The notes: generated by a model not told the origin, from the sequence alone. A DNA stretch of 64,000 nucleotides from Candidatus Bathyarchaeota archaeon (GCA_963780185.1 CAWABA010000006.1:128001-192000), one strand, 5' to 3'. Shown: positions 19,248-30,535, numbered from the stretch's first letter. Numbers and translations are program-made.

Positions 19248-19746
19248 AGATTCAACCCCTCGCTCGATATCTACTATTCAAAATCTGCCTTTATACTTTT
19301 ACAGTACGCATGCTAACTTGTCAAAATTGCAACGCATTTTTTTGGGGGGTTAAAAAAAAGGATTAAGCGGATTAACCGTGCGCTACCCAGTGACAGGGCA
19401 CAAAAACAGTATGGGCATGCCCTTTTTCTCCTGTTAGCCGTTGAACCCGCCCAATTTGGTAATCGTGTGTTGTCCTTTCTTGTTAGCCCTCTTACGATTC
19501 CTAGGAATATAAGGGAATGTTGTCACAAAAAGAAGCAACAAAGCTCTTGTTCCCCTGACTTTTTTGATTAGCCCTGGCTCCGAAAAGCCTCATATTTGGG
19601 ACATCTAGATGCGCCTATTTGGGATATACAATGAACCGAGAGGGTAGACGATGAGAGAAACAAAGCAACGTTTACGGCAGCGGAAAACCTCAAATCGTTT
19701 GCACAACGTAAGTATCTTTAACTTCATGTTTTCCCGTTAGCTATCA

Positions 19747-20262
19747 TCAAGGTTGATACAATTTTTTGTTCAGAGTCGGAGCTTCTTCCGTGATTTTTGC
19801 CCCATGGTAATTGTAGTATGGCAGCATCATAAAGAATTCGATTCCTATTCCAGAAAAAAATAAAATGAAGCTTTCAAAATAAAAAGGATGCCAATAACTC
19901 ACAGAAATAAAGCCGCCACTGTTGATTGTTTCTGATCGGTAAAAAGGAGCAACTGCTATCGCAACAGTCATCAAGACAAAGCTTATCAAAATCGGCGCGT
20001 TTTTAATGTTTCTTAAGTTTCCCACATCAATCTTTACTTCCACTCCATTTTGCCGCAATCCGCTGACGCCAGAGTGAATAATCAAAAAGGATATTGTTAA
20101 GCCGCTCACGAAAAAAGCAGTATTAATCGCCCAATTTTGATAAAAATAATTATCGTTGACCGCCGCTATCCATGCACCAAAGAAAAGCAAGGAAATTCCT
20201 AAATAAACTCTCAAGAAAGATTGTCCTGTCTGCTTTTCATCCATATCTCCATTTATCCACAT
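19747..20262 (-). CDS. hypothetical 4-TM protein
   Basis: Four hydrophobic segments; AT-rich. Confidence 0.55.
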   Translation of the reverse strand: MWINGDMDEKQTGQSFLRVYLGISLLFFGAWIAAVNDNYFYQNWAINTAFFVSGLTISFLIIHSGVSGLRQNGVEVKIDVGNLRNIKNAPILISFVLMTVAIAVAPFYRSETINSGGFISVSYWHPFYFESFILFFSGIGIEFFMMLPYYNYHGAKITEEAPTLNKKLYQP

Positions 20263-20567
20263 TTTTTCTATTTAAAACTTTTACATTTCTATTTGGATCA
20301 TCAGGATTAACCAATCATGCGCTTTCGGCTGAAATTGCCCTTTTTCAGGCAGGTTGCCCACTCAAGTTTCAAACGTTCCAAGCTCTAAACCAAAAAAGCA
20401 ACCCAAAACAAGCCGTGAACAGAAGGCTCGACAGAGGGGAGGGGGTCTACTTTTTGTGACCAAAAACCATTACAAATATGGGTGCCAGCCACGACTCGAC
20501 CAAGGGGAGCCTATGTCTTAGCAAACATCTTTAACTTTAGGTTTCTTCGTTACCTAACTTAAGGCTG

Positions 20568-21200
20568 ATGCTGTTGGTTGATGCTTGGCGTGAACCTTAC
20601 CATGTCGTAATCGAAGTTGAAAACAAGCACTGCCGAATGGTTAAGCGGCTTGCGGCTCTTGGGTTTGAGCAGATGAAGGTCGTTGACGTCCGAAGCTCCA
20701 GCAGCGGATGCGTTAGGCACTTGATGGATGTCGGCGAGGAGCAGGCACGTCGGGTTCCCCGTGAGCTCGCAGCCAAAGGCCACGTTGAAGGAAAATCGGC
20801 GGTTTGGGTTGAAAGCGAAGGCTGCCAAGTCTGCAACACCATCCTGTCCCACGACGCCTTCCTGGTCAACGGCAAAAGCATGCAGGGCAACATCATCACC
20901 TACAGCTTCATGGTGCCAACCTTCGAAGCCTACCGAGGCATAATAGCCGATTTGGAGAAGGCATGCGGCAGCGTGAAGGTTCTAAAAGTAGGCAAGTTTG
21001 AGCCGCAAATCGGGGTCTTAACGGAGAATCAGGAACGGATTTTTTGGCTTGCCTTGAAAAGCGGGTTTTTCGATTATCCGCGCAAAGTCGGCATGGCGGA
21101 GCTTGCTGCTAAACTTGAAATTAGTCCCGCAACGCTCTCGGAGGTCATCCGCAGGGGCACACGAAGGCTGCTTGAACACTACTTCAAACGGGAGCTGTAG
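20568..21200 (+). CDS. HTH_10 (bacterio-opsin activator-type) regulator
   Basis: LTENQ...GFFDYPRK...LEISPATLSEVIRRG. Confidence 0.88.
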   Translation: MLLVDAWREPYHVVIEVENKHCRMVKRLAALGFEQMKVVDVRSSSSGCVRHLMDVGEEQARRVPRELAAKGHVEGKSAVWVESEGCQVCNTILSHDAFLVNGKSMQGNIITYSFMVPTFEAYRGIIADLEKACGSVKVLKVGKFEPQIGVLTENQERIFWLALKSGFFDYPRKVGMAELAAKLEISPATLSEVIRRGTRRLLEHYFKREL

Positions 21201-21362
21201 TCAACGGCGGTTTCTTGTTCTCTGGTTTTCCAGTTTGTTTTTTATTAGATACCGCTTGGCGGGATAGCGTTTATTAGGGTCGGAAACCATTTTTAAAATA
21301 CCCAAAAAAGGGTCAGAATCTTTGTCGGTCAAATCAAGCATGCGCTTGGTTTTGGTTGCAAA

Positions 21363-21776
21363 ATGGAGACGAATTCATTGGTAGGGTCTAAAAAAAACAT
21401 ACTTGTGGTTGATGACGATAAATCGATACTTCGAACTTTTACCCGTATTCTCCAGAAAAGCGGCTACGAAATCGATGTCGCCGAAACCGGCAGAGAAGCC
21501 ATCGACAAAGCAGAAAGTCACCATTACGATTTAGCGTTAGTCGACATCAGGCTGCCTGACATGGATGGAACGGACCTGCTGGCAAAACTCAAAAAACAAC
21601 TCCAGAGCACCGTAAAAATCATGATTACTGGTTTCCCATCGCTTGAAACAGGCGTCAAAGCGCTTGACGAAGGCGCAGATGCTTACCTTGTTAAGCCTGT
21701 TAAACCTCAAGAGCTGCTTCTGCTTCTGGAAGAGAAACTTAAAAATCGCGAAGAACCAGCAGAAGTCCCCAGCTAA
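21363..21776 (+). CDS. stand-alone response regulator receiver
   Basis: VVDDD, VDIRLPDMDG, ITG and YLVKP motifs. Confidence 0.93.
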   Translation: METNSLVGSKKNILVVDDDKSILRTFTRILQKSGYEIDVAETGREAIDKAESHHYDLALVDIRLPDMDGTDLLAKLKKQLQSTVKIMITGFPSLETGVKALDEGADAYLVKPVKPQELLLLLEEKLKNREEPAEVPS

Positions 21777-21828
21777 AAGCTGAGGGTTCATATCCGACTG
21801 ACTTGTTTTTTGCTTGGTTTTGGAGCTT

Positions 21829-24732
21829 TTACTCGACGTAGATTGCTGGTTGATTAGGCATAGCCATCATTGCCCGCTGCTTAGGGTCGTAGCGTTCTTC
21901 GTCGGTTTCGCTGAAAACTGAAACTTCAGCTTTGAAGCGTTCCTTCAAAAAGCTAACCGCGCCGTCCAGGATTTCTTTCTCAGCCAAGCCTTTAATCTTG
22001 AGTAAGTTGGCTTTCCGCTCCGCAGGCAGCTTCGTTAGCGCCTTCATTATTCTCGGCACTAAGGCTGCAATTTCCTTCATGCGCGGCTTGAATTCCTTGT
22101 CAGCAGCGAACTCTTTCATCAACTCGTTGATTTTTGCTTCTCCAGCCAAGCTTTTGTCGAGGATTTTGAGGTAAACCTGCATTTTCCAGGAGGCGGTCGT
22201 GTAGTAGCAGATGTGTTTGGGCGTGATTTTTGTAGCTTTCAAGATGTTGGATGTGTCTTCTATCACGTCAAGTACCAGATTCTCCTGTTCCTCAGCCGCA
22301 ACATCAATTTTCTGTTCGTCGCAGACTGGCCATTGAGCCACGCTGACAAGGCACGCTTCGCCTGTTTTGCTCCAAAGTTCCTCGCAGAGGAAAGGCGCGA
22401 AAGGCGCAAGCATCCGAACCCAAACTTTAACTGCGTCAGCCAACTCTTTGGCGTCGGTGCTGCCTTTCCGCTGAATGTACCAGCGCATGTCATTCCAAGT
22501 TTCAAACAGAGCAACCTGCAAAGCCGTGCGGGTTTTCAACTCTTCAAGACTTGCCGACACCTCTTTGATTCTGCTTTGAAGCTTGCTCTCAAGCCACCGC
22601 TCCATCACCGTGCCCTCTTCCACCTTGGCGGAGGCGATGATTCCGCTTGCAAACCCATTTAATGCTTCAAACTTTGTTTTGAGGTCGGCGACGTTTTCTG
22701 CTCGCCAGTCAGGGTCATCCATTCCTTCTGCGCCTAAAAGCAGGGCACATCGGGTGGCGTCGGCGCCGTACTTTTCCACTGCACCTTTCATGGTTATGAA
22801 GTTGCCTTTGCTTTTGTGCATCTGCTTGCCTTCAACCATAAGCATGCCGTTAACCGCCATCGCTTTGGGCCAATGCTCAGGCGGGAAAAGGGCGGCGTGG
22901 TGGAAGATGCAGAAGGTCAGATGGTTCGGTACAAGCTCTTTAGCGGAGTTTCTTAGGTCAAAGGGGTACCAGTAGAGGAATTCGCTGCGCATCGAGTCGA
23001 GCAAAGAAGCCTTTATGCCGACTGCCGCTTCAAGCTGCGCTGCGTTGCCTTTGCCAAAGAAGATATAGTCGAAAACCTCAGGCGTCAGGGATTCTGCTTT
23101 GAGGTTGTTTTGTTTAATGTGTTTGTTCACGGTGTAGAACGACATGTACATTGTGCTGTCGCTCAGAGTCTCAATTATCCAGCCTTTACCCCACGGCAGC
23201 GGGGTTCCGAAACCTGTAGTTCGGGCGCATGCCCACTCCCGCAGCCAATCGATCACGGTGATGAACCATGATTTGGTGGCTTCTGGGTAGACCGTCATTT
23301 GAGCCACAACTTCCTTCGCCAACGCTTTCCACTGGGGGTCAGAGTAGTTTAGGAACCATTGGTCGCTAAGAATCTTCACGATGCATGGAGTCATACAGCG
23401 GCAAACAACGGGCTCCGATAAATCGTACATGCGGTCAGCGACGCCGAGTTTGCGGAAATCCTCAATCAAGACGTCTTTGGCTTCCCGAATGGTTTTCCCA
23501 GCGTACGGTCCGCAGTTTTCCTTGAGGATGCCGCTGTGGAATTCTTTCTTGTACAGCTCCTTCGTAGCTTGGTCTGCTTTGGGGTCGTTCTGGTCTTTAA
23601 CGCCCATTTTCTGCACAATTTCTAAGGCTGGGAACTCGCCGAAGCCTTCAACCTTGATGATTGATATCGGCTTAATGTTCTTCACAATGGCTGGGTCCAC
23701 GCCGAATTGGCCGAGAACTTCGGGTTTTTCCTGTAGGTCTTTGAGTGCTAGCCAATCGTAGGGTGCATGTGCGGGAACGCTGTAGACGACGCCCGTCGCG
23801 GTTTTTGGGTCTACGAACCAGCCTGGCAAAATTGGGAAAGTGTCTTTCGTTATTGGGTTCTGGAAGGTTTTGCCGATTAGCTCCTTGCCTTTGAAGGTAC
23901 GTTTCACCTGAACCTTCTTTTCTTGCTCTTTAAGTTTCTCCGCTGCTTCCTCGCTGACTATCCAGTTTTCCCCGTTTACCGTGGCTTCAACGTAGGTTGC
24001 GTCGGGGTTTATCCACATGTTTGTTATGCCGTAGATTGTTTCAGGACGGAAGGTAGCTGCAGGCAAATATGTGCCGTTGTCGAGCACGTATTTTATGAGG
24101 GCGTATTCTTCGGGGGTTACTCCTTCGCCTACTTGGCGGTCATGGTCGCCTGTGGGGCTCTGGTCTTTTGGGCACCAAACCACCGGGTGCGTTCCCCGCG
24201 TCACGTAGCCTTTTTCCCGAAGGTTCTTGTATTGCCACTCGATGAATTTCTGGTAAGTCGGCATCACCGTTGTGAATTCACGGCGCCAATCCACGCTGAA
24301 CCCTATGCCTTTGGCTGCTTTGCGTCCTTCGTCGGTGTAGTACTGCGCCATGTAGAGGGGTTCAACGAATTTTTTGAGTTCAGATTCGGGTACGCCGTCG
24401 ACTTCACGCAGAACCTTGATGAAGGCTTCGTCGCCCCGCGCCACCCGTTGGCTTGCTCCCAGAAGCGGCTGACCTGTCCAATGCCAACCCCAAGGCCAAA
24501 GCACGTTGTAGCCCTGCATCCGTTTGAAACGAGCGTAGGCGTCAACCCGTGAAGCCGTAAAAGCGTGCCCAACATGCAGCGGACCATTCATGTACGGATA
24601 CGGAAAAGTCACCATAATCTTCTTTCTTTTCGGGTCTGGGTCAGCTTCGAAAACGTGCTCGGCTTCCCATTTGGCAAGCCATTTCTGCTCGATTTCCTTG
24701 GTTTGGCTCATGAAACCTGTCAATTGAGGCAT
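21829..24732 (-). CDS. leuS: leucyl-tRNA synthetase (archaeal type)
   Basis: PYPYMNGPLHVGH, TFRPET and QMHKSKGN motifs. Confidence 0.97.
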   Translation of the reverse strand: MPQLTGFMSQTKEIEQKWLAKWEAEHVFEADPDPKRKKIMVTFPYPYMNGPLHVGHAFTASRVDAYARFKRMQGYNVLWPWGWHWTGQPLLGASQRVARGDEAFIKVLREVDGVPESELKKFVEPLYMAQYYTDEGRKAAKGIGFSVDWRREFTTVMPTYQKFIEWQYKNLREKGYVTRGTHPVVWCPKDQSPTGDHDRQVGEGVTPEEYALIKYVLDNGTYLPAATFRPETIYGITNMWINPDATYVEATVNGENWIVSEEAAEKLKEQEKKVQVKRTFKGKELIGKTFQNPITKDTFPILPGWFVDPKTATGVVYSVPAHAPYDWLALKDLQEKPEVLGQFGVDPAIVKNIKPISIIKVEGFGEFPALEIVQKMGVKDQNDPKADQATKELYKKEFHSGILKENCGPYAGKTIREAKDVLIEDFRKLGVADRMYDLSEPVVCRCMTPCIVKILSDQWFLNYSDPQWKALAKEVVAQMTVYPEATKSWFITVIDWLREWACARTTGFGTPLPWGKGWIIETLSDSTMYMSFYTVNKHIKQNNLKAESLTPEVFDYIFFGKGNAAQLEAAVGIKASLLDSMRSEFLYWYPFDLRNSAKELVPNHLTFCIFHHAALFPPEHWPKAMAVNGMLMVEGKQMHKSKGNFITMKGAVEKYGADATRCALLLGAEGMDDPDWRAENVADLKTKFEALNGFASGIIASAKVEEGTVMERWLESKLQSRIKEVSASLEELKTRTALQVALFETWNDMRWYIQRKGSTDAKELADAVKVWVRMLAPFAPFLCEELWSKTGEACLVSVAQWPVCDEQKIDVAAEEQENLVLDVIEDTSNILKATKITPKHICYYTTASWKMQVYLKILDKSLAGEAKINELMKEFAADKEFKPRMKEIAALVPRIMKALTKLPAERKANLLKIKGLAEKEILDGAVSFLKERFKAEVSVFSETDEERYDPKQRAMMAMPNQPAIYVE

Positions 24733-25177
24733 TGGCTATTAAGAGTTTTGCTTTCAACTGTTGCCGCATTATTTGTTTTTTTGACATAGCAGACAAAGCG
24801 GTGTTGCGTTGGAAACGTATGTAAACAATTCTGGGGGGATTAGCTGCTGGGTTTGGGTTCAAGAAAAATGGGTTGCTGGAGTAAAAAACTCTTATGTACT
24901 TGTTTTTAGCATACAGGGAAGCGGTGAAGATGTTTGGCAGAAGCTGAGGCAAAACTTAAGCAGGACCTTTTTGTCGAAATCAAAAATTTGGAGCAAAATC
25001 ACGGTGTCATCCGAGAGTTTTATTTCGGGGAAAGACTACGACGCTCATAACCATCGGCGGGACACTTCAAAACTTCAAGGACAGCCTAAGCCGAGCCAGC
25101 GCGTTTGTTCTTGCCCTCTACAACCTTAAAGGCAAACACGTCACTATCCCATGGGATCCCCTGTTCACAAGCCTGGA

Positions 25178-25447
25178 TTACGCGTTGGCAACCATTGGGG
25201 TTTCTTCCTCGCCTAAGCAGAAGGCGGCGGTGCGGACGGTTCTGGCGATGTCTGAAGAGCAGATGGAGCAGGTTCTCTCGTACTTCGCAGCCCTCAAAGA
25301 ATCCCTCAAGTAGCTTAAGCCATCAGGCGTTTTCTTTTTAGCGTACCACCAATCGTAGACTTGTCCGAAGCCGTAGGCAAAGATGATCATTCCGAAAAAG
25401 AACGAAGCCTCCGCAACGGCAACGTACAGGTTAGAAATTTATCATCG
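25178..25447 (-). CDS. small membrane protein (frameshifted)
   Basis: LYVAVAEASFFFGMIIFAYGFGQVYDWWY; boundaries approximate. Confidence 0.35.
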
Positions 25448-25543
25448 TAAATTTCACTTCGAGGGCACCCTTAAAACAATTGTATCAGAAGTCGGCTAGC
25501 CGCTGATGAAAGTCAGCCGTTTAGAACATGCGGCTCGCAGAAG

Positions 25544-25906
25544 TCATTTGATTATCTTGTATTCTTCAAGCAAATCGTTCAGTTGCGCGAACAACTCCAG
25601 AAATCGGTATCCCTTTTCGGTGATGATGTATTTGTTCAGGTTCTTCGCCAGCAGACCCTGCGATGTTAAACTGCTGATTTGGCTTTTCAGCTGGGCATGA
25701 TTTAGGTTTGCGTTGTACATGATGCTTGTCTTGCTTTTCTGCTGCTCGCAGTAAAGCAGGATTTCAGCGATGATGTCCAGTTTTCCTCTTCTGGCTCCCT
25801 TTTGGCGCTGCTCCATTCTTTTTGGTGTTTCAGAAGTGCAAACTGGAGTTCCTGCGAATTCAGCTTTGCGTTTCCCGGTAAATTGCTTGTCAAGATACTT
25901 TCTCAC
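25544..25906 (-). CDS. winged-HTH regulator (DUF4364/HTH_45)
   Basis: RRGKLDIIAEIL, TSIMYNANLN and YIITEKGYRFL motifs. Confidence 0.88.
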   Translation of the reverse strand: MRKYLDKQFTGKRKAEFAGTPVCTSETPKRMEQRQKGARRGKLDIIAEILLYCEQQKSKTSIMYNANLNHAQLKSQISSLTSQGLLAKNLNKYIITEKGYRFLELFAQLNDLLEEYKIIK

Positions 25907-26210
25907 TGCTTGAATTGATTTAAAGATTTTTTAGCACTTAAACCGAATGTGATTGTGCATCTGCAGTAACAACCAATCGGATTGTCGATTGCATCCCTTT
26001 TCGGGGTTAATACCGTTAGACAAGGCTTCGATTTTCGGTTGCGGTCAAGGCGTTGGCGTGTTTGGAGCCTTTTCGGGGTCATTCGCCGTTTCTTGTTTCA
26101 TATAGTTTGCCGGAAAAATAGGCGAATTGTGAAAATGTAAAATCTATAAATAAGTAGCGGCGGAGTAATTCTCTTAGTGCCCGAGTGGGTGGGGTATCCT
26201 AATCAAGCTC

Positions 26211-27307
26211 TTTGAACCCGTTGAAGGCGGCAAGGAAGAAAGCCAGCGGCGGAATTTTCGCTTCCCGTTGACTTAATTCGGGTTTCAGCAATCTTCTTGG
26301 TGATTCTCCTTCACGTAACCAACACGTTTTACGACCAAATCTATCAGGGTCCCTTCAACTCTGGGTCTGGTGGACGTACACCATTTACAAGTCGATATCC
26401 CTGCCCTGCGTGCCGCTGTTCGTTATCCTCAGCGGCGCCCTGCTGCTTCAGCCGTCAAAAATCAATGAACCCATCAAGGCATTTCTGAAAAAAGAGCTAA
26501 CCGCATAGGAATAGCGTTCGGTTTCTGGACCGCTGTCTACATTGTCTGGGGATTCTACGTCACAAAAGCCGCTGTGACCCTGAGCAATGTGGGTCAAGAG
26601 CATTATCATAAGCTTGTTTACAGGGTCATACTACCATTTCTGGTTCCTTTACCTAATAGCGGGACTTTACTTGATGACTCCTGTTATGCGTGCGGTTGTC
26701 AGACTTCAAGAACCCCAGTTTGGTCAGTTACCTGATCATTCTGTGGTTTGTCGGCATCTTGTTGTTCCCCTTATACCACTTTTCACGTCTTACAGCGTAA
26801 ACGGCGAGGTTTTCATAATGGGCGGGTACATCGGCTACTTCCTTTTAGGGTTCTACTTGCAGACAGCTCGGATGCGGCGTCGGTTCATGTACAGCTTCTT
26901 AGTTCTCGGCATTGCGTTGACGGTTGCGACCACATGGGTCATGAACTTTCCTCTGCATCCGCTGGGACAAGACTACTACTTCTTCGATTACCTAGCCATA
27001 AACGTAGTCATAGCCTCCATCGCCCTGTACGCTTTTTAAGCAGGTTTCCCGCTGATTGGCCGGGCAAAAAGCATCCGCGCATCGGCAAAGATTGTCGCGG
27101 CTAATCAGTCAACAACACTTTCCAATTTATCTTTTCCACGTGATGATTATGGAGGGTTTGGCAATTGGCACTTTAGGCTTCACGTTGAACTTGGCGGTTA
27201 TGCCCGATCGTTGAGATTCCCCTTGTGGCGGTTGGTATCCTGCTCGTTACTTTGGGGCTTGTTTACTCATGAAGAAAGTGCCCGTCCTCAGAAGGCTGAT
27301 AGGCTAA
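26211..27307 (+). CDS. acyltransferase-3 family O-acetyltransferase (multiple indels)
   Basis: LVILLH, CVPLFVILSGALLL, YYHFWFLY and GYIGYFLLG motifs. Confidence 0.8.
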
Positions 27308-27309
27308 GT

Positions 27310-27977
27310 TTCTCCGTGAAATTAGTCTGCTGGTAAATTGCGTTTGCAATGACTTGTGCCCCTTCATCATTGGGGTGAACGCCGTCAACAAAGTAATCAG
27401 GGTGGTTTAAGCAAAGGCGTGTGGACGTTGATAAGCGGCAAGCCAGTTTCATTCGCTACCTGCTCAATGCGCGGAATCAACCCCCGACGAAAGATCTAAG
27501 CCGTTTATGTCGATTGTGTTGTTGTAAACTGGCGGAGGAATCACCAGAAAAATATGCGGTTTGCTTTTCAAGTCTTCAAATTGGTTGATTAGCTGTTTGT
27601 AGTCGTTTACGAATTTGTCGATTGCAGGGTAGACGTTTGAGCGGGCATCGTTGGTTCCGAGCATGATGATGACGGTTGTTGGCTGAAATTCAATTGCGTT
27701 TTCAAAAGCGTTTTCATACATGTAGGGTTTTTCCGAGTTAAAGTTAACTGTTGGCTCCGCTGACTCCAAAGTTTTGCACTGTAGATTTTGAACCCAGCAA
27801 GGTTTGAAGATCGTTTGGGTAAACGGTTATCTGCGTGATGCTGTCGCCCGACGCATGCAACCCGGCTTAAAGCGGTAGAGTGCCCTTGAGCGAATTCCTC
27901 GAAGTAAAATGCGGCAGCAAAGCTACCGATATGATTAGAATCAGGGTGACTGCGGCTAAAGTTTTGGTTCTTGGCAA
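27310..27977 (-). CDS. SGNH/GDSL hydrolase with N-terminal anchor (indels)
   Basis: GDSIT, MLGTND and DGVHP motifs. Confidence 0.8.
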
Positions 27978-28144
27978 TGTACGAGTTTCTCTCACGCTGA
28001 ATTATTGTTCATGTATATGACAGAGCCTATTAAAAGTTAACGAACAAAACAAGTTCGACTCCGAAAGAACCGAAATCCGAGCAAGGCTGGCTTAACAATT
28101 TAAATAATAAATCGCGGTTAGCACCTGTTAAGAAGCGGTAACAC

Positions 28145-28570
28145 ATGCTTGAACGTTTGGCGCTTTACTCTGACGGCGGCGCAAGAGGAAACCCTGGACC
28201 AGCAGCCATTGCTTTTCTAGCCGTAACCGAGGCGGGGCAGGTTATCAAGGCGGATTCGCGTTTCATCGGCAAAGCAACCAACAACCAAGCCGAGTATAAC
28301 GCTTTGATTGCTGCGTTGGAGTTCGCTAAAGCCTTCAAAGCGCAAGAAGTCACATGCCACCTTGACAGCGAATTAGTTGGAAAACAAATGACGGGCGAAT
28401 ATAGCGTAAAAAACCCTGAGCTGAAAAAACTTTGGCTTAAGGCTCGGGAACTAAAATGCTGTTTCAAAAAAATAAGTTTTGTAAACGTTCCACGATTCAA
28501 CCCGTTCATTTCGAAGGCTGACGAGCTTGTGAACAAAGCCTTAGATGAAGAGGAAAGAAAACTCTGTTAG
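28145..28570 (+). CDS. rnhA: ribonuclease HI
   Basis: DGGARGNPGPA, TNNQAEY, DSEL and AD motifs. Confidence 0.92.
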   Translation: MLERLALYSDGGARGNPGPAAIAFLAVTEAGQVIKADSRFIGKATNNQAEYNALIAALEFAKAFKAQEVTCHLDSELVGKQMTGEYSVKNPELKKLWLKARELKCCFKKISFVNVPRFNPFISKADELVNKALDEEERKLC

Positions 28571-28619
28571 CTTAACGGTTATAACGAACCGTGTGATTGA
28601 AAAGTTAGAGTTGACGACC

Positions 28620-29008
28620 ATGTTTGACCATACTAGCATCCGAACAAGTAATGTGGAGCGGTCAATTGATTTTTACTCGCGGTTCTTAGGCTTGAAGGTT
28701 CTTGAGCCGCCGCGAAATCAAGCAGACCAACGCCGAAATCGTTTTCCTTCAAGACCCAAAAGGCGAAGGCTGCACGCTTGAGTTAACGTTTTACCGTGAC
28801 CAAAAAAAGTTTAGCTCAGCCCCAATATGAAGAGCGGCTGTTTGACCATTTAGGCTTCACAGTGCCCGACATAAAGGCAACCCTTGCGGCGATGCGGAAA
28901 GAAAAAGTGACGGTTACTGATGAGCCGTTCAAGCTTGGACCAGAGGGGCCGACAATAGCTTTTGTTGAAGACCCAGATGGGACTCTTGTTGAGTTGATCG
29001 AGCGGTAA
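28620..29008 (+). CDS. VOC/glyoxalase family protein (indels)
   Basis: FDHTSIR, FYSRFLG, DHLGF and EDPDGTLVELI motifs. Confidence 0.85.
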
Positions 29009-29009
29009 T

Positions 29010-29321
29010 CTAAAGATTAATCATGATGTCGTCGTTTTCGACTTTCAAGTCGTATTTGGGTTCGCCTTTCTTTGTGGGTCCTTTGAGGAAATTGCCTGTT
29101 TTGAGGTCGTAGGTGGATCCGTGGCATGGGCAAATCACTTTTTCCCCTTCCAGTTTCCCTTTGGATAGTTGGCAGCCTCGGTGCATGCAGACGTCGCCGA
29201 TGGCGTAGTAGTTTCCGTTTACGTTGGCAAGCAAAATTTTCTGGTCATTAACCGTGACCCTCATCATGCTGTTCGGTTTCACGTCGTTTACTGACGCTAA
29301 CTTGACAGATTTCGTTAACAC
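29010..29321 (-). CDS. Rieske-type ferredoxin
   Basis: CMH...CPCHGS. Confidence 0.9.
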   Translation of the reverse strand: MLTKSVKLASVNDVKPNSMMRVTVNDQKILLANVNGNYYAIGDVCMHRGCQLSKGKLEGEKVICPCHGSTYDLKTGNFLKGPTKKGEPKYDLKVENDDIMINL

Positions 29322-29353
29322 ATCTATCGCCTCCTAACCGTTTGTTTTTGAAT

Positions 29354-29791
29354 TTACTCGTAGAATCTTGGTCTGATTTTTTGGCTGTACTCGTCCAGGG
29401 CTTTTGCTCTTATTTCTTCCTCTGCATCTTTGGCTTGTGCTTCTTTTTCGGCAGGTTGCGTAACTGATTTTTCAAAGTCTCCGTCGAAGCTTCTGCATGC
29501 GCCTTCAAGGGCAATGACGTAGTTTTTGAAGTCGCCGATTGTGCTTTCCGCTTGCCTATGCGATGAATGCACCTGCTCAGACACGAGGATTATTAGGTCT
29601 TGGATGCTTCTAAGCGTCAGCTTATCGGCTTCCGCCGCTTGGTCGTAGAACCGTTGAAAAACGCTTAAAAGATCCATAAACATCTCGTCTACTTCCCTGG
29701 TTTCGCGTCTAAGAACATTTTCTGACGTAAGCGATTTAGTCTTGAGCAAAACCATCAGATTCTTGAGAACTGCTGAGTCGCCGCTTGACAA
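29354..29791 (-). CDS. hypothetical helical protein
   Basis: 145-aa ORF. Confidence 0.55.
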   Translation of the reverse strand: MSSGDSAVLKNLMVLLKTKSLTSENVLRRETREVDEMFMDLLSVFQRFYDQAAEADKLTLRSIQDLIILVSEQVHSSHRQAESTIGDFKNYVIALEGACRSFDGDFEKSVTQPAEKEAQAKDAEEEIRAKALDEYSQKIRPRFYE

Positions 29792-29954
29792 AACAAAAAC
29801 CCGAATTTAACTATGCAAGGTGCATGAATTATGTTTTTTGGTTGCTTTTTCTCTGGCGATAATTATAGCCAATTTAATCCATCTTGTTTGGTTAGCCTTT
29901 AGAGGCAAAAACAAAGAGTTCGGATGAAAATTAGACGTTTCAACCTCTAGCGAA

Positions 29955-30146
29955 TTACGGTTTTGGGTTTTCGTTCTTCTTTTCTTCGGTCATGAGTTGC
30001 GCTAAGCGGTAGGTGACGTAGGCTGAGAAGCTTCGGACGCCTCGTTTTATGCCGTATTCGTCTTTGACTTTGAGCCATTCTTTGAAAAAATAATCATACA
30101 CTTCCGTCTTCACCGTGATGGTTTTGTAGCCTTTTTTCGGCGTTAT
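29955..30146 (-). CDS. small RHH-like protein with apparent ATA start
   Basis: (M)TPKKGYKTITVKTEVYDYF...RSFSAYV; GGGGT SD upstream. Confidence 0.6.
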   Translation of the reverse strand: MTPKKGYKTITVKTEVYDYFFKEWLKVKDEYGIKRGVRSFSAYVTYRLAQLMTEEKKNENPKP

Positions 30147-30296
30147 GTATTACCCCTGAAGAGAAGAGTTATCGGACGTACATTTAAGGTTTCAGACAGA
30201 AAAAGCCAAAAAACCGATTGCTTGTACGAACATTTGTTTCACCATTTTAATTATATATTTTGTCCATGTTAAATACAGAAAAGGGTGTTGGGGCTT

Positions 30297-30443
30297 TTGA
30301 ATGAAAATCGATGCAAACGAATAGCTGTCAGCGAAGAGATACATGCAGCGCTCAAAAGAAAAGCGAAGGAAGCCGACCGAAGCATGAGGGAATACGTTGA
30401 GTACTTGATTGCTAAAGAAAAAGCCGCCAAAAAGGAATCGTAA
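30297..30443 (+). CDS. small RHH-like DNA-binding protein
   Basis: KRIAVSEEIHAALKRKAKEADRSMREYVEYLI. Confidence 0.65.
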   Translation: MNENRCKRIAVSEEIHAALKRKAKEADRSMREYVEYLIAKEKAAKKES

Positions 30444-30535
30444 TTCCCGTTTTCGGGCAAAATCCCTCAGCAGAATGCGTCATTTAAACTCAGCAGATAG
30501 TCAGCGTCAGCAACTGGAAGTTTTCTTGGCCCGTT

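Noticed and set aside
21932-24789. Long antisense ORFs over leuS and similar shadow ORFs elsewhere
   Set aside because: They are reverse-frame shadows of well-supported genes, with no recognisable motifs
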